NCBI GenBank assembly: GCA_963744995.1
Contig: CAVUWA010000009.1
Coordinates: 519,719 to 583,718, forward strand
From: Candidatus Eiseniibacteriota bacterium
GTDB lineage: Bacteria > Eisenbacteria > RBG-16-71-46
Direction of reading: 5' to 3'
DNA length: 64,000 nt
Each line of letters opens with the position of its first letter. The stretch's first letter is position 1. Positions 31,740-41,923 of this stretch are shown one piece after another. Under the pieces are notes generated by a model that was not told the origin of the DNA, made no database searches, and saw nothing but the letters and a program-made list of their open reading frames with translations. The position numbers and the translations under genes are program-made.

Positions 31740-34067
31740 ATGCGACTCACTCCCGGCACGCGCCTCGGCGCCTACGAGATTCTCTCCACCCTCGGCGCGG
31801 GTGGCATGGGCGAAGTGTATCGCGCCCGCGACACGCGGCTGGGCCGCGACGTCGCGCTCAAGGTGGTGCCCGCCGAACTGAGCGCGAGCGCCGATCGGAT
31901 CGCGCGCTTCGAGCGCGAGGCGCGCATGGTGGCCGCGCTCAACCATCCCAACATCGTCGTGCTCTACGCGATCGAGGACGACGGCGGCGTGCGCTTTCTG
32001 ACCATGGAGCTGGTCGAGGGCCGGAGCCTCGCCGACGTGATCGCCGACGGCGCGATGCCCATCGAGCAGCTGGTCGAGCTGGGCGCTGCGCTCGCCGATG
32101 CGCTGGCTGCCGCACACGAGCGGGGCGTCGTTCACCGCGACTTGAAGCCGGCGAACCTCATGCTGACCAAAGACGGGCGCCTCAAGGTGCTCGACTTCGG
32201 GCTCGCCAAGCTCGTCACCTCAGACCCGGGAACAGACGGCAACCTCACGCAGGCGGCCACGGTCGCGGGCCCGGTTTCGATCCAGGGACAGGTGGTCGGC
32301 ACGGTGCCGTACATGGCGCCGGAGCAGATCCGCGGCGGCGCCGTGGACGCGCGCACCGACCTGTTCGCGCTCGGCATCGTGCTGCACGAAATGGCGACCG
32401 GGACGCGCCCCTTCGGCGGCGCCACACTCGCCGACATCAGTTCGGCGATCCTGCGCGACGCGCCGCCGCGGCTGGGGGGGGTGCGCGCCGGATTGCCGCT
32501 GGGCCTCGAGCGCATCGTCTGGCGTTGCCTGGAGAAGGAACCCGGTGCGCGATTTCAGAGTTCCGCCGAGGTGGCAAACGCGCTGCGGGAGCTGAGTCGG
32601 GAGATCGCTCGCGGTGAAGCAGCGCCGGCGCCAGGAGCAAGCGCGGCCGCCGACCCGCTCGCGGAGACGCCCGAACACTCGATCGCCGTGTTGCCGTTCG
32701 AGGATTACTCGCCCGCGCGGGATCAGCAGTATTTCTCCGACGGCATCTCGGAAGAGCTGCTCAACCTGCTCGCGCGCGTGCCCAGGCTCAAGGTCTCGGC
32801 GCGCACGTCCTCGTTCTCATTCCGCAGCAGGGGTTTCGCAGTTCCCGAGATCGCGCGCCAGTTGAACGTGCGCCACGTGCTCGAGGGCTCGGTGCGCAAG
32901 GCAGGCGACAGGGTGCGCATCTCCGCGCAGTTGATCGACGCGCAGCAGGACACGACGCTCTGGTCGGAGACCTACAACCGGACGCTGGACGATGTGTTCG
33001 CAATCCAGGACGAGATCGCGGCCGATGTGGTCGTCAAGCTCAAGGTGCGCCTGCTCGGAGGGGCACCGCGCGTGCGCGAGACGAAACCCGCGGCCTACGC
33101 GCTCTACCTCGAGGCCGTCCAGCTTTCGCGGCAGCGCACCGCCGAGGGGTTCGCAAAGGCGGACGAGCTCCTGCGCCGCGTCCTCGCAATCGACCCGCAG
33201 TACGCGCCGGCGTGGGCGCACCTGTCGAACAATCTGTTGAACGAGGCGAACCTGGGCCTGGTCCCGCACGAGAACGGATACGCCGAGTCGCGAGCCGCGG
33301 CCGCGCGCGCGCTCGAGACCGACCCCGAGTCCGCGCGGGCGCACGCCAGCCTCGGCACGCTCGACATGTTCTCCGGCGACCTCGCAAGCTCGGCGCGGCA
33401 CTTCGAGCGCGCGCTCGCAATCGATCCCAACGACATGATGGTGCTCGGCAACTCCTCGGCGGTGCTGAAATCGCTGGGACGACTCGAAGACGCCGTGGCG
33501 ATGGACGAAGCCATGGTCCGCCGCGACCCGATGAACACGGCGTGGTTGTTCAATCTGGCGAACGCACAGAACTGGGCGGGCCAGCACGATCGGGCGGCCG
33601 CGTCCGCGCGCGCCGTATTGCGTATCAGCCCCGCATACAACGGCGCACACCTGGTGCTGGCGACGGCCCTGGTCCGGCAGGGAAGGCCGGAGGATGCGCT
33701 CCCCGAGGCCCGGCAGGAGTCGTTCGAACCGTTCCGCCTGATCGCCCTGGCGATCGCGTCCCACGCGCTGGGCCAGAGGGCCGATTCGGACACTGCGCTC
33801 GCCGAGCTGATCACCAGGCACAGCAGGGAAGTGCCCTACGACGTCGCCTGCATCTACGCCTTCCGGGGCGAGGCGGATCACGCCTTCGAGTGGCTCGAGA
33901 AGGCGGCCGCCGCGCATGATCCCAGCCTGGTCCTCGTCCTCGTCGAGAACCTCTTCGCCCCCCTGCACTCCGATCCTCGCTGGCTGCCGTTCCTGCGGCG
34001 TATCGGGAAGGATCCCGAAACGCTGGCAAAAGTGCCATTCCAGGCGGCGACCCCATCCTGGAGCTGA
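31740..34067 (+). CDS. Ser/Thr protein kinase with TolB-N-like domain and TPR repeats
   Basis: Kinase motifs; 'SIAVLPF...YFSDGISEELLNLL'; TPRs; 'LHSDPRW'. Confidence 0.92.
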   Translation: MRLTPGTRLGAYEILSTLGAGGMGEVYRARDTRLGRDVALKVVPAELSASADRIARFEREARMVAALNHPNIVVLYAIEDDGGVRFLTMELVEGRSLADVIADGAMPIEQLVELGAALADALAAAHERGVVHRDLKPANLMLTKDGRLKVLDFGLAKLVTSDPGTDGNLTQAATVAGPVSIQGQVVGTVPYMAPEQIRGGAVDARTDLFALGIVLHEMATGTRPFGGATLADISSAILRDAPPRLGGVRAGLPLGLERIVWRCLEKEPGARFQSSAEVANALRELSREIARGEAAPAPGASAAADPLAETPEHSIAVLPFEDYSPARDQQYFSDGISEELLNLLARVPRLKVSARTSSFSFRSRGFAVPEIARQLNVRHVLEGSVRKAGDRVRISAQLIDAQQDTTLWSETYNRTLDDVFAIQDEIAADVVVKLKVRLLGGAPRVRETKPAAYALYLEAVQLSRQRTAEGFAKADELLRRVLAIDPQYAPAWAHLSNNLLNEANLGLVPHENGYAESRAAAARALETDPESARAHASLGTLDMFSGDLASSARHFERALAIDPNDMMVLGNSSAVLKSLGRLEDAVAMDEAMVRRDPMNTAWLFNLANAQNWAGQHDRAAASARAVLRISPAYNGAHLVLATALVRQGRPEDALPEARQESFEPFRLIALAIASHALGQRADSDTALAELITRHSREVPYDVACIYAFRGEADHAFEWLEKAAAAHDPSLVLVLVENLFAPLHSDPRWLPFLRRIGKDPETLAKVPFQAATPSWS

Positions 34068-34128
34068 ATCACGAGCACCGCTCCGTTCGGGCCTTCAACT
34101 GCCCCTGCAGGCTGCCGATAACGAGAGC

Positions 34129-34671
34129 ATGCGAAGATTCCTCCACCTTCTCTATGGAACTCAGTCCGCTCGTTTTGTGAGCGCGCTTTCGCTGCCGGAG
34201 TCCGTGGCGCGATTGCGTGAGGTCGTTCGCCCGACGCCATTCCACGTACTGTTCAAACAGTGCGCCGTAGGCCGCGTGACGGAACGCAGGGTCTCCATGC
34301 GCCGGGTGATCCCATTCGTAAGCAATTCCTTCGCCCCCCGGTTCGTCGGGCGGTTCGAAACCGATGGGCCTCGCGTGATTCTAACGGGCCGTTTCGGCAT
34401 CACTCGATGGATACAGGTCTTCATGACGCTGTGGCTTGCGTTCGTCGGTCTCGCGTTCATCCTCAGTTTGGCTTCGGCGTTCAGCCATCCAGCGGAGGAC
34501 TGGCGGGCCTCCCTCATCCCCGGGGGGATGTTCCTGTTCGGCATTGGAATGGTCTGGTTCGGACGATGGCTGTCGAGGAAAGATGCGGACTGGCTGTCGA
34601 ACCGGATCTCCGAGGGCCTCGGCTCCCGACCCGGATCGACAGCCGAGGCGCCCTACCGCCCTATCGAGTGA
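34129..34671 (+). CDS. Hypothetical membrane protein (two C-terminal TM helices)
   Basis: Open frame from ATG 34129 with two hydrophobic segments; lower GC than neighbours. Confidence 0.6.
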   Translation: MRRFLHLLYGTQSARFVSALSLPESVARLREVVRPTPFHVLFKQCAVGRVTERRVSMRRVIPFVSNSFAPRFVGRFETDGPRVILTGRFGITRWIQVFMTLWLAFVGLAFILSLASAFSHPAEDWRASLIPGGMFLFGIGMVWFGRWLSRKDADWLSNRISEGLGSRPGSTAEAPYRPIE

Positions 34672-34757
34672 CGCCTCGCGGTTCCCGGCGTGCAGCTGCG
34701 TCCGCAGTTCATTCAGACCGAAGTGCCGGAAGGCGAACGGCGCCAGCGAACCGGCGC

Positions 34758-37700
34758 CTACTTCGTCTCCTCCCACACCGGCATCCGTCCCGGGGTGTAC
34801 GGCGCCCCCTGACGTTCCAGTTGATCTTCGAGTTTCTGCGTGCGCTCGTGCAGGTCGCGCAACTCCGCCAGCACGGCGCCGAACGTGTCGTGCGCCTCCT
34901 GGTAGGCCCGCTCGTAGGTTCCGGTCGGTCCCGACGTAGTGTTCCAGAGCGATCCGACGATCAGGTCGGTGCGACCTTTCAGCGACAGGCGCGACTGGCC
35001 TTCGAACTGGGTGAGGATGTGGTCGCCGACCAGCTCCTCGTTGACCTTCTTCAAGCCCGCTCGAATGGATGACACTTCCGCGAGCTGCTTCCCGTCGAGA
35101 TCGCCCACGCTCATCGCGGCGGACTCGAGGTAGGGCAGCAGGTCGTCGAGCTTGCCGCGGTGGGCATCGGCCGCCGAGATCGCGCGGGACAGCGCCGCCA
35201 CCTTCTCGTTGAACTCGTTCAGCGCCTGGCGATCGGCGAGCGGAATCGTGCCCATCTGGAGCGGCTCGCAGTTCACGGTCCGTGGCGACGCCAGCGGCGA
35301 GAGCTGGCCATCCTGGAAGCGGTACATCGCGACGCGGTAGGCCCCCGGCGTCACCATGTAGCCCTGATCCGGCTGGTCCCACGGCGCGCGATGCGCCGGC
35401 GGTTCGAGGGCGATCGGCTCCGGGGGGCTCGTGCGGAAGTCCCAGACCACGCGGTGGACCCCTGCCTTGATCGGCTGCTTGATCTTCCGGACCACGCGTC
35501 CCTCGCCGTCGGAGATCACGAACAGGAGGTAGGGCTTCTGCTCGGCGTCCTCCTTCTTCAGCTCCTCGTAGCTCGGGTAGGGCACGTCCTTCTTCGCCTC
35601 CTGCAGCTTCTTCTCCGCGTCGTTGCGCAGGTCCTTGAGCGACTTGTAGTCGTCCTTCACGTAGTAGGTGATGGTCGCGCCGACCTCGGGATTCGGGGCG
35701 CTGAAGTACGAGGCGCCCTGGAACGCGACGCCCGGGAACCCCAGCGGGTCGGCCTGCACGAACATCTTCGCGCCGGCCATGGGGAAGAGGGTCTGCGGCT
35801 CGGCGAGCGTCTTCGCCGTCAGGTCGCGCAGCGGCGTGTAGTCGTCGAGGATGAACACGCCGCGCCCGTAGGTGGACACCACGAGGCCGTGCGTGTCCCG
35901 CTGGATCGTGAGGTCCATGACCTCGGTGGTCTTGGGAATCCCGGAGGTGAGCTGGACCCAGCTGGGCTTCGCGGTATTCGAGACGAACACCCCGGTCATC
36001 GTGCCCACGAACAGGAGATCCGGATCGACGTCGTCCACGCCGATCGTCCAGGTCGCACTGCGTGCCGGCAGGTTGGCGTTGATCGAGGTCCAGTGAGCCC
36101 CGCCGTCCACGGTCTTATAAAGGTAGGGCGCATAGTCGCCGGCGAAGAAGTTGTTGCAGGCGGCATAGGCCACGTCGGCGTTCACGGGCGAGGCCGTGAC
36201 CTGGTGGATCCGCGCGTACTTCGGGAGCCCGGGCAGCACCGCGAGGTGCCAGCTCGCGCCGCCGTCGTGCGTGTAGTGGAGCAGGCCGTCTCCCGAGCCC
36301 GCATAGAGGCGCTGCTCGTCCACGGGCGACTCCGCCAGCGCGGCGATGTGCGCCATTTCCGACTTGTGGACCATTTCGTCGATGCTCCAGCTGCGCCCCA
36401 TCACGCGGAGCAGCTCCTTCGGAACGCCGCGCGTCAGGTCGGGGCTGATCTCCCGCCAGCTCTCGCCCTGATCGTCGGAGCGCAGCACCATGTTGGCGCC
36501 CTGGTAGAGCCGCTTGTGGTCGTGACGCGACACGAGCAGCGGCGTGTCCCAGTCGAAGCGATAGGCGGGCTTGCCGGTGTCCTCGAAGCTCCGCAGCTCC
36601 AGCCGCTCGCCGGTCTTCCTGTCGTACCGCACGATGTAGCCGAACTGCGCCTGCGAATAGACGATGTTCGGATCCGCCCAGTCGACCTGCGTCTGGAAGC
36701 CGTCACCCCCCTCGGTAAAGGTCCAGTCCGCGTTCGTGATGCCGTTGGAATTGATCGTGCGCGACGGGCCGCCCAGGCTGTTGTTGTCCTGCGTGCCGAT
36801 GTAGACGTTGTAGAAGGGCTTCGCGTTGTCGACCGCCACCTTGTAGATCTCGGCGAGCGGCAGGTTGGACTTGAAGGCCCACGTGGCGGCGCGGTCGAAC
36901 GACTCGTACAGGCCGCCGTCGCACCCGGAGAGCAGGTGGCGCGGATCCTCCGGATCGATCCACAGCACGTGGTTGTCCACGTGCTTCTTGTCCTCGCCGA
37001 GGCGCGCCCAGGTCTTGCCGCCGTCGATCGAGACCTGATTGAACATGGCCATGGAATACACGCGATCGATGTTTTCCGGATCGCAGTAGACCTTCTGGCA
37101 GTAGGTCGGGTAGTTGCTCACGTAGTCGCTCACGCGGGTCCAGCTGGCGCCGGCGTCCCTGCTGACGTAGGTGCCGCGCTCCTTCTCCTCCTTCGCTTCG
37201 ACCACGGCGTAGAGCCGGTCCGGGTCGATGGGCGAGACGTCCAGCCCGATCCGCCCGACTTTCTTCTGCGGCAGGCCGCCCTCGAGCCGCTTCCACGTCG
37301 TGCCGCCGTCGGTGGTCTTGTAGATCCCGCTCTCGTCGCCGCCCATCACGCTGGTCCACAGGTAGCGCTGGCGCTGGTGGGCCACGGCGTAGAGCACGTC
37401 TGGGTTCTTCGGATCGATCTTCAGCTCCCAGCACCCGGTGTCGTCGCTCGGGTGGAGGACGTTCGCCCAGGTCTTGCCGCCGTCCGTGGTCCTGAACACG
37501 CCGCGATCGCCCCCGGAGGTCCGGTGCGGCCCGTACGCCGCCACCCAGACCGTGTTCGGGTCCTGCGGATGCACGACGATCGCGCCGATCTGCTGCGATT
37601 CCTCGAGGCCCATGTTCTTCCAGCTCTTCCCGCCGTCTTCGCTCTTGTAGACGCCGTCGCCGGGCACGACGTAGGACTGCGCGTTGTTCTCGCCCGTTCC

Positions 37701-38126
37701 CACCCAGACCACGTGCGGATCCGAGGGATCGAGAGTCACGGCGCCGATCGAGAACGACGTCTGCTGATCGAACACCGGCGTGAACGTCACCCCGGCGTTG
37801 GTCGTCTTCCAGAGCGAGCCATGTCCCGCGGCCACGTAGTACTCGGAGTGATCGCGAGGATTGACCGCGATGCCGACGACGCGCCCGCCGGTCACCGCCG
37901 GCCCGATGCTCCGGAACGCGAGCCCGTCGAGCGAGACTTTGGCCAGCGTGGGCGGGCCCGACGCGTCGCTCTTTGCGCCGGCGGCCGTCGCAGCCGCAGC
38001 GGGCTGGACGGGCATGGCCAGCACGAGCGCGACACCCGTCAGCATCGCGATGAGGATTCGGGACGCCGGCGCCCTTCGGTCAGAAGTCGGGCGTTTCGAA
38101 TCGAATCCGGCGGGGGGAATGGACAT
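34758..38126 (-). CDS. Secreted VPS10/sortilin-like BNR (Asp-box) beta-propeller protein, putative glycosyl hydrolase
   Basis: GGAGG RBS; 'FRSIGPAVTGGR'; many SxDGGxTW Asp-boxes; 'HVDNH', 'GTQDN', 'STYGRG'. Confidence 0.88.
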   Translation of the reverse strand: MSIPPAGFDSKRPTSDRRAPASRILIAMLTGVALVLAMPVQPAAAATAAGAKSDASGPPTLAKVSLDGLAFRSIGPAVTGGRVVGIAVNPRDHSEYYVAAGHGSLWKTTNAGVTFTPVFDQQTSFSIGAVTLDPSDPHVVWVGTGENNAQSYVVPGDGVYKSEDGGKSWKNMGLEESQQIGAIVVHPQDPNTVWVAAYGPHRTSGGDRGVFRTTDGGKTWANVLHPSDDTGCWELKIDPKNPDVLYAVAHQRQRYLWTSVMGGDESGIYKTTDGGTTWKRLEGGLPQKKVGRIGLDVSPIDPDRLYAVVEAKEEKERGTYVSRDAGASWTRVSDYVSNYPTYCQKVYCDPENIDRVYSMAMFNQVSIDGGKTWARLGEDKKHVDNHVLWIDPEDPRHLLSGCDGGLYESFDRAATWAFKSNLPLAEIYKVAVDNAKPFYNVYIGTQDNNSLGGPSRTINSNGITNADWTFTEGGDGFQTQVDWADPNIVYSQAQFGYIVRYDRKTGERLELRSFEDTGKPAYRFDWDTPLLVSRHDHKRLYQGANMVLRSDDQGESWREISPDLTRGVPKELLRVMGRSWSIDEMVHKSEMAHIAALAESPVDEQRLYAGSGDGLLHYTHDGGASWHLAVLPGLPKYARIHQVTASPVNADVAYAACNNFFAGDYAPYLYKTVDGGAHWTSINANLPARSATWTIGVDDVDPDLLFVGTMTGVFVSNTAKPSWVQLTSGIPKTTEVMDLTIQRDTHGLVVSTYGRGVFILDDYTPLRDLTAKTLAEPQTLFPMAGAKMFVQADPLGFPGVAFQGASYFSAPNPEVGATITYYVKDDYKSLKDLRNDAEKKLQEAKKDVPYPSYEELKKEDAEQKPYLLFVISDGEGRVVRKIKQPIKAGVHRVVWDFRTSPPEPIALEPPAHRAPWDQPDQGYMVTPGAYRVAMYRFQDGQLSPLASPRTVNCEPLQMGTIPLADRQALNEFNEKVAALSRAISAADAHRGKLDDLLPYLESAAMSVGDLDGKQLAEVSSIRAGLKKVNEELVGDHILTQFEGQSRLSLKGRTDLIVGSLWNTTSGPTGTYERAYQEAHDTFGAVLAELRDLHERTQKLEDQLERQGAPYTPGRMPVWEETK

Positions 38127-38402
38127 GCGGAGACACCTCCTGAAGAGCGGCCGGGAAAGAGTGAGGGATCGAGCCGCGAAAAGTACCACGAGAAAGCGCC
38201 CACGTGGCGCGTTCGACGGCGACTTCTCCGTTCGGCCGGGGCCCCGAGGGCGGCCTTGCTGCCGTCACCCGCGTTGCGGGAGAGACCGCCCCCCGCTCTT
38301 CACCGCGCTCGGCAATCGCTTCTGGTCGGGGGCCTGGTGGCTCCCGTGAAGGCGCGACTCCGGAGCCTCAACCTTCTCCAGCAAACGTTGACAGGAGGAA
38401 TC

Positions 38403-38624
38403 ATGCGTCGCTCGCTGACCCTGGTCACCTTTCTCGCCTTGATGGCGGGTTGCTCGCAGCAGCCAGCGTCCACGTCCCCGACCGCCGGAGCTCCGAGCGA
38501 CACCGCAGCGATCGCACGCGAAGCCCACGAGGGGCTCAACATCCACCACCACGACGCCGACGGAAAGTGGCGCGTGGCACGTGACGCCTGGAGCAGCGAC
38601 CTGCCCGCGCCCACGGGGAAGTAG
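38403..38624 (+). CDS. 73-aa lipoprotein, apparently an internally deleted DUF4440/NTF2-like protein
   Basis: AGGAGG RBS; lipobox LMAGC; the N-terminal linker joins directly to 'GLNIHHHDADGKWRVARDAWSSDLP', which resembles the last beta-hairpin of DUF4440 proteins. Confidence 0.5.
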   Translation: MRRSLTLVTFLALMAGCSQQPASTSPTAGAPSDTAAIAREAHEGLNIHHHDADGKWRVARDAWSSDLPAPTGK

Positions 38625-38674
38625 CAGCCACGGAGCCGCATTCAAACGGGACGACGATGCGGTAGATTTCCCCC

Positions 38675-40978
38675 ATGTTGCTCACCTCGGGCACGCGCCT
38701 CGGCGCCTACGAGATCCTCGCCCCGCTCGGTGCAGGCGGGATGGGTGAGGTGTACCGCGCGCGCGACACGCGCCTCGGGCGCGAGATCGCGCTCAAGGTG
38801 CTGCCGGCAGACTTGGCAGCGCACCCCGATCGCCTCGCGCGCTTCGAGCGCGAAGCGCGCACGGTGGCTGCGCTCAACCACCCCAACATCGTTACGCTCC
38901 ATTCCGTCGAGGATGATGGCGGGGTGCGCTTCCTCACGATGGAGCTGGTGGAGGGGAGGAGCCTCGCTCTCGAGGTCGCGCCCGGCGGGCTCCCCATCCC
39001 GCGCGTGATCGAGCTGGGCATCGCCCTTGCCGACGCGCTGGCGGCGGCGCACGAAAAGGGCGTGATCCACCGGGATCTCAAGCCCGCGAACGTAATGCTC
39101 ACCAGGGACGGGCGGGTCAAGGTGCTGGACTTCGGGCTGGCCAAGCTGGCCGAGGCGGACTCGGGCCTCGACCTGACGCAGGCCACGACCGTGGCCGCGC
39201 CGCTCTCGGAGTCGGGTGTGGTGATGGGCACGGTGCCGTACATGGCGCCGGAGCAGATCCGCGGCAAGACGGTGGACGCCCGCACCGACCTGTTCGCGCT
39301 CGGAGTCGTGCTGTACGAGCTCGCCGCCGGCAGGCGGCCATTTGCGGGGGAGACGCACGCGGACGTGAGTTCGGCGATCCTGCGCGACACGCCCAGGCCG
39401 CTGCACGCGCTTCGCTCGGAGCTGCCGCCGGACCTCGATCGGATCGTGAGCCAGTGTTTGGAGAAGACTCCGCGCGAGCGCTTCCAGTCGGCGTTGGATG
39501 TCTCGAACGAGCTGCGGCGGCTGCGCAAGGAACTGGAGCGCAGCGAGTCGGGGCTGGCGGCGAAGCCGACATCGGACAAGGTCGCCTCGATCGCGGTGCT
39601 GCCGTTCGCGAACCGCAGCGCGAGTGTGGACGACGAGTACTTCTCCGATGGGCTCGCGGATGAGCTCCTCAACGTGCTCTCGAAGATCAAGGGGCTGCGG
39701 GTGACCGCGCGCACGTCCTCGTTCCATTTCAAGGGCAAGGACACGACGGTCGCCGAGATTGGCAGGACGCTCGACGTTGCTACGCTTCTCGAAGGCAGCG
39801 TGCGCAAGGCAGGGAACCGGATCCGGGTTTCCGTGCAGCTGGTGGACGTGCGCGACAGCTCGCACCTCTGGTCGGAGACGTACGACCGGACGCTGGAGGA
39901 CATCTTCGCGGTGCAGGACGACATCGCGCAGTCGGTGGTTGAGGAGCTGCGGACCACGCTTCTCGGTGAGGCCTGCGACTCAAACGCGAGCGGTGCGGCG
40001 AAGGCGGAGGTAGCGCAGGCGGCAAGGGGACGCGGCACCGATCCCGAGGCGCACCGGCTCTACCTCCTGGCCCGGCACCTGATCCATCGGTATGTCCGTG
40101 AAGACACGGCGAAGGCGATCGTGTACCTGAAGGAGGCGCTGGCGCGGGATCCCGAGTACGCGCTCGCCTGGGCGGAGCTGGGCCGCGCGTACTCCCGGGA
40201 GGCTGGTGCGGGCTGGGCCCCGGTGTCGGTGGGATTTGGCCGTGCCCGGGAAGCGGTGGAGCGCGCGCGCTCGTTGGATCCGGATCTCCCGGAGGCTCAT
40301 GCGCGGCTGGCCTGGATCCAGATGAGCTACGACTGGGACTTTCGGGGGGCGGAGGCATCATTCGCCCGTGCGCTGGATCCCGCGCCGGGGAGTACGGCAG
40401 TGCTTCTGGGGGCCGGCGTGCTGGCGCGGTACCTGGGTCGGCTCGAGGAGGCGCTCGGTCTCTACCGCCAGGCGCTGGAGCAGGATCCCCTGAGTTCGGC
40501 CGGCTACCACAATCTCGGATCGGCGCTCCAGGCGATGGATCGCCTGGCCGAGGCGGAGTCGGCGTATCGGAAGGCTCTGGAGCTCGCGCCGCAGAGTGCC
40601 ATGACCCACGGCATGCTCTCGCTGACGTTGCTCGCGCTCGGCCATGGCGAGGAGGCCCTGGCGGAAGTGCGTCGGGAGCCGGACGAGACGATCCGGCTCT
40701 ATGCGCTGTCGATCGTTCACCATGGCCTGGGCCACGCAGCGGAGTCCGACGCCGCGCTCGAGCAGTTGATCGAAAAGCACGCAGAGGGCTCTGCGTATCA
40801 GATCGCCGAGGTGCACGGGGCGCGGGGCGAGGTGGACCGCGCGTTCGAGTGGTTGGGGCGCGCGTACGAACAAAGAGACGGCGGGCTCGCCGTAATGAAG
40901 CGTGACCCGCGCCTGCGCTCGCTCCACGGCGATCCGCGCTGGGCGCCGTTCCTGCGCAAGATGGGTCTGGCGGACTGA
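38675..40978 (+). CDS. Ser/Thr protein kinase with TolB-N-like domain and TPR repeats
   Basis: Kinase motifs; 'SIAVLPFAN...EYFSDGLADELL'; TPRs; 'LHGDPRW'. Confidence 0.92.
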   Translation: MLLTSGTRLGAYEILAPLGAGGMGEVYRARDTRLGREIALKVLPADLAAHPDRLARFEREARTVAALNHPNIVTLHSVEDDGGVRFLTMELVEGRSLALEVAPGGLPIPRVIELGIALADALAAAHEKGVIHRDLKPANVMLTRDGRVKVLDFGLAKLAEADSGLDLTQATTVAAPLSESGVVMGTVPYMAPEQIRGKTVDARTDLFALGVVLYELAAGRRPFAGETHADVSSAILRDTPRPLHALRSELPPDLDRIVSQCLEKTPRERFQSALDVSNELRRLRKELERSESGLAAKPTSDKVASIAVLPFANRSASVDDEYFSDGLADELLNVLSKIKGLRVTARTSSFHFKGKDTTVAEIGRTLDVATLLEGSVRKAGNRIRVSVQLVDVRDSSHLWSETYDRTLEDIFAVQDDIAQSVVEELRTTLLGEACDSNASGAAKAEVAQAARGRGTDPEAHRLYLLARHLIHRYVREDTAKAIVYLKEALARDPEYALAWAELGRAYSREAGAGWAPVSVGFGRAREAVERARSLDPDLPEAHARLAWIQMSYDWDFRGAEASFARALDPAPGSTAVLLGAGVLARYLGRLEEALGLYRQALEQDPLSSAGYHNLGSALQAMDRLAEAESAYRKALELAPQSAMTHGMLSLTLLALGHGEEALAEVRREPDETIRLYALSIVHHGLGHAAESDAALEQLIEKHAEGSAYQIAEVHGARGEVDRAFEWLGRAYEQRDGGLAVMKRDPRLRSLHGDPRWAPFLRKMGLAD

Positions 40979-40979
40979 C

Positions 40980-41295
40980 ATGCCGCTCGCGACCGGCACG
41001 CGTCCCGGCGCCTACGAGATCATCGCCCTGCTCGGCGCGGGCGGAATGGGGAAGGGCTACCGCGCGACGGACATGCGTCTGGGCCGCGAGATCGCGCTCG
41101 AGGCGGCGGCGAGCCCCGATCGCCTCGCGCGCTTCGAGCGCGAATCCCGCACCGTGGCCGGGCTCAACCACCCCAACTTCGTCGCCATTCATTCCGTCGA
41201 GGACGACGGGGCGTGTGTTTCCTGACCATGGAGCTGGTGGAGGGGAGGAGCCTCGATCACGCGGTCACGCGGGGGACCTGCCGGTCCCCCGTTGT
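40980..41295 (+). pseudogene. Truncated, frameshifted Ser/Thr kinase 5' fragment
   Basis: MPLATGTRPGAYEIIALLGAGGMGKGYRATD...LNHPNFVAIHSVEDDG; catalytic Lys region deleted; frameshift, then FLTMELVEGRSL and loss of similarity. Confidence 0.8.
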
Positions 41296-41301
41296 CATGC
41301 A

Positions 41302-41337
41302 AAGCCCCGCTTGCGGTTGACCCAGCGAGCGGGGCTT
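41302..41337. terminator. GC-rich hairpin, possible terminator
   Basis: AAGCCCCGCTTGC-N10-GCGAGCGGGGCTT inverted repeat at the point where the kinase remnant ends. Confidence 0.45.
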
Positions 41338-41461
41338 CGTCATGTGGGCAGGAGGGGACCGGAACGGACAGGCGTGGACTCTGAACAGCCGCCCCCTGCG
41401 CGATGTCCTGGCCCCTCGGGCCGGCATGCACGCCCCGGCCCGCTCGCGTACCATGCCCGAC

Positions 41462-41923
41462 ATGTTCGCGATGAAGCCGATCGGCACCGTACGCAGCACG
41501 CTCACCGATCGCGCCCAGATTCCGACGGGGAAGGGCGCGCGCCACGAGGCCGAGGGGGTGCTTGAGATCCTGCCCGAACTGGAGGCCGGTCTCACCGACC
41601 TCGAGGGGTTCTCACACCTCTACGTGATCTGGGTGTTCGATCGTGCCGAGGGCTACGACCTCATGACCGCCACGCCGCTCGACCCGCGGCCGCACGGCGT
41701 GTTTTCCACGCGCTCGCCGCGCCGGCCCAACCCGATCGCGCTCACGGTCGTGCGCCTGCTGCGTCGCGAGGGACACCGGCTCCACGTCCGCGGGCTCGAC
41801 ATGCTCGACGGCACGCCGATCCTGGACGTGAAGCCCTACCTCTCGAACGTGCCCGAGGGCGAGCTCGAGCGTGGATGGATGACCGAGGTCGAGAAGAAGG
41901 CCTCCCCCCGGGATACGCCATGA
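41462..41923 (+). CDS. trmO: tRNA m6t6A37 methyltransferase TrmO/TsaA family
   Basis: MKPIGTVRS, LEGFSHL, GVFSTRSPRRPNPI, LDMLDGTPILDVKPY; TACCAT 7 nt upstream of ATG 41462 (alternative ATG 41453). Confidence 0.88.
   Translation: MFAMKPIGTVRSTLTDRAQIPTGKGARHEAEGVLEILPELEAGLTDLEGFSHLYVIWVFDRAEGYDLMTATPLDPRPHGVFSTRSPRRPNPIALTVVRLLRREGHRLHVRGLDMLDGTPILDVKPYLSNVPEGELERGWMTEVEKKASPRDTP

Noticed and set aside
41341..41365. tRNA 3' end/att remnant on the minus strand (GTTCCGGTCCCCTCCTGCCCAC) before a hairpin
   Set aside because: The T-loop deviates from GTTCGA, there is no CCA and no matching partner; too weak to call.
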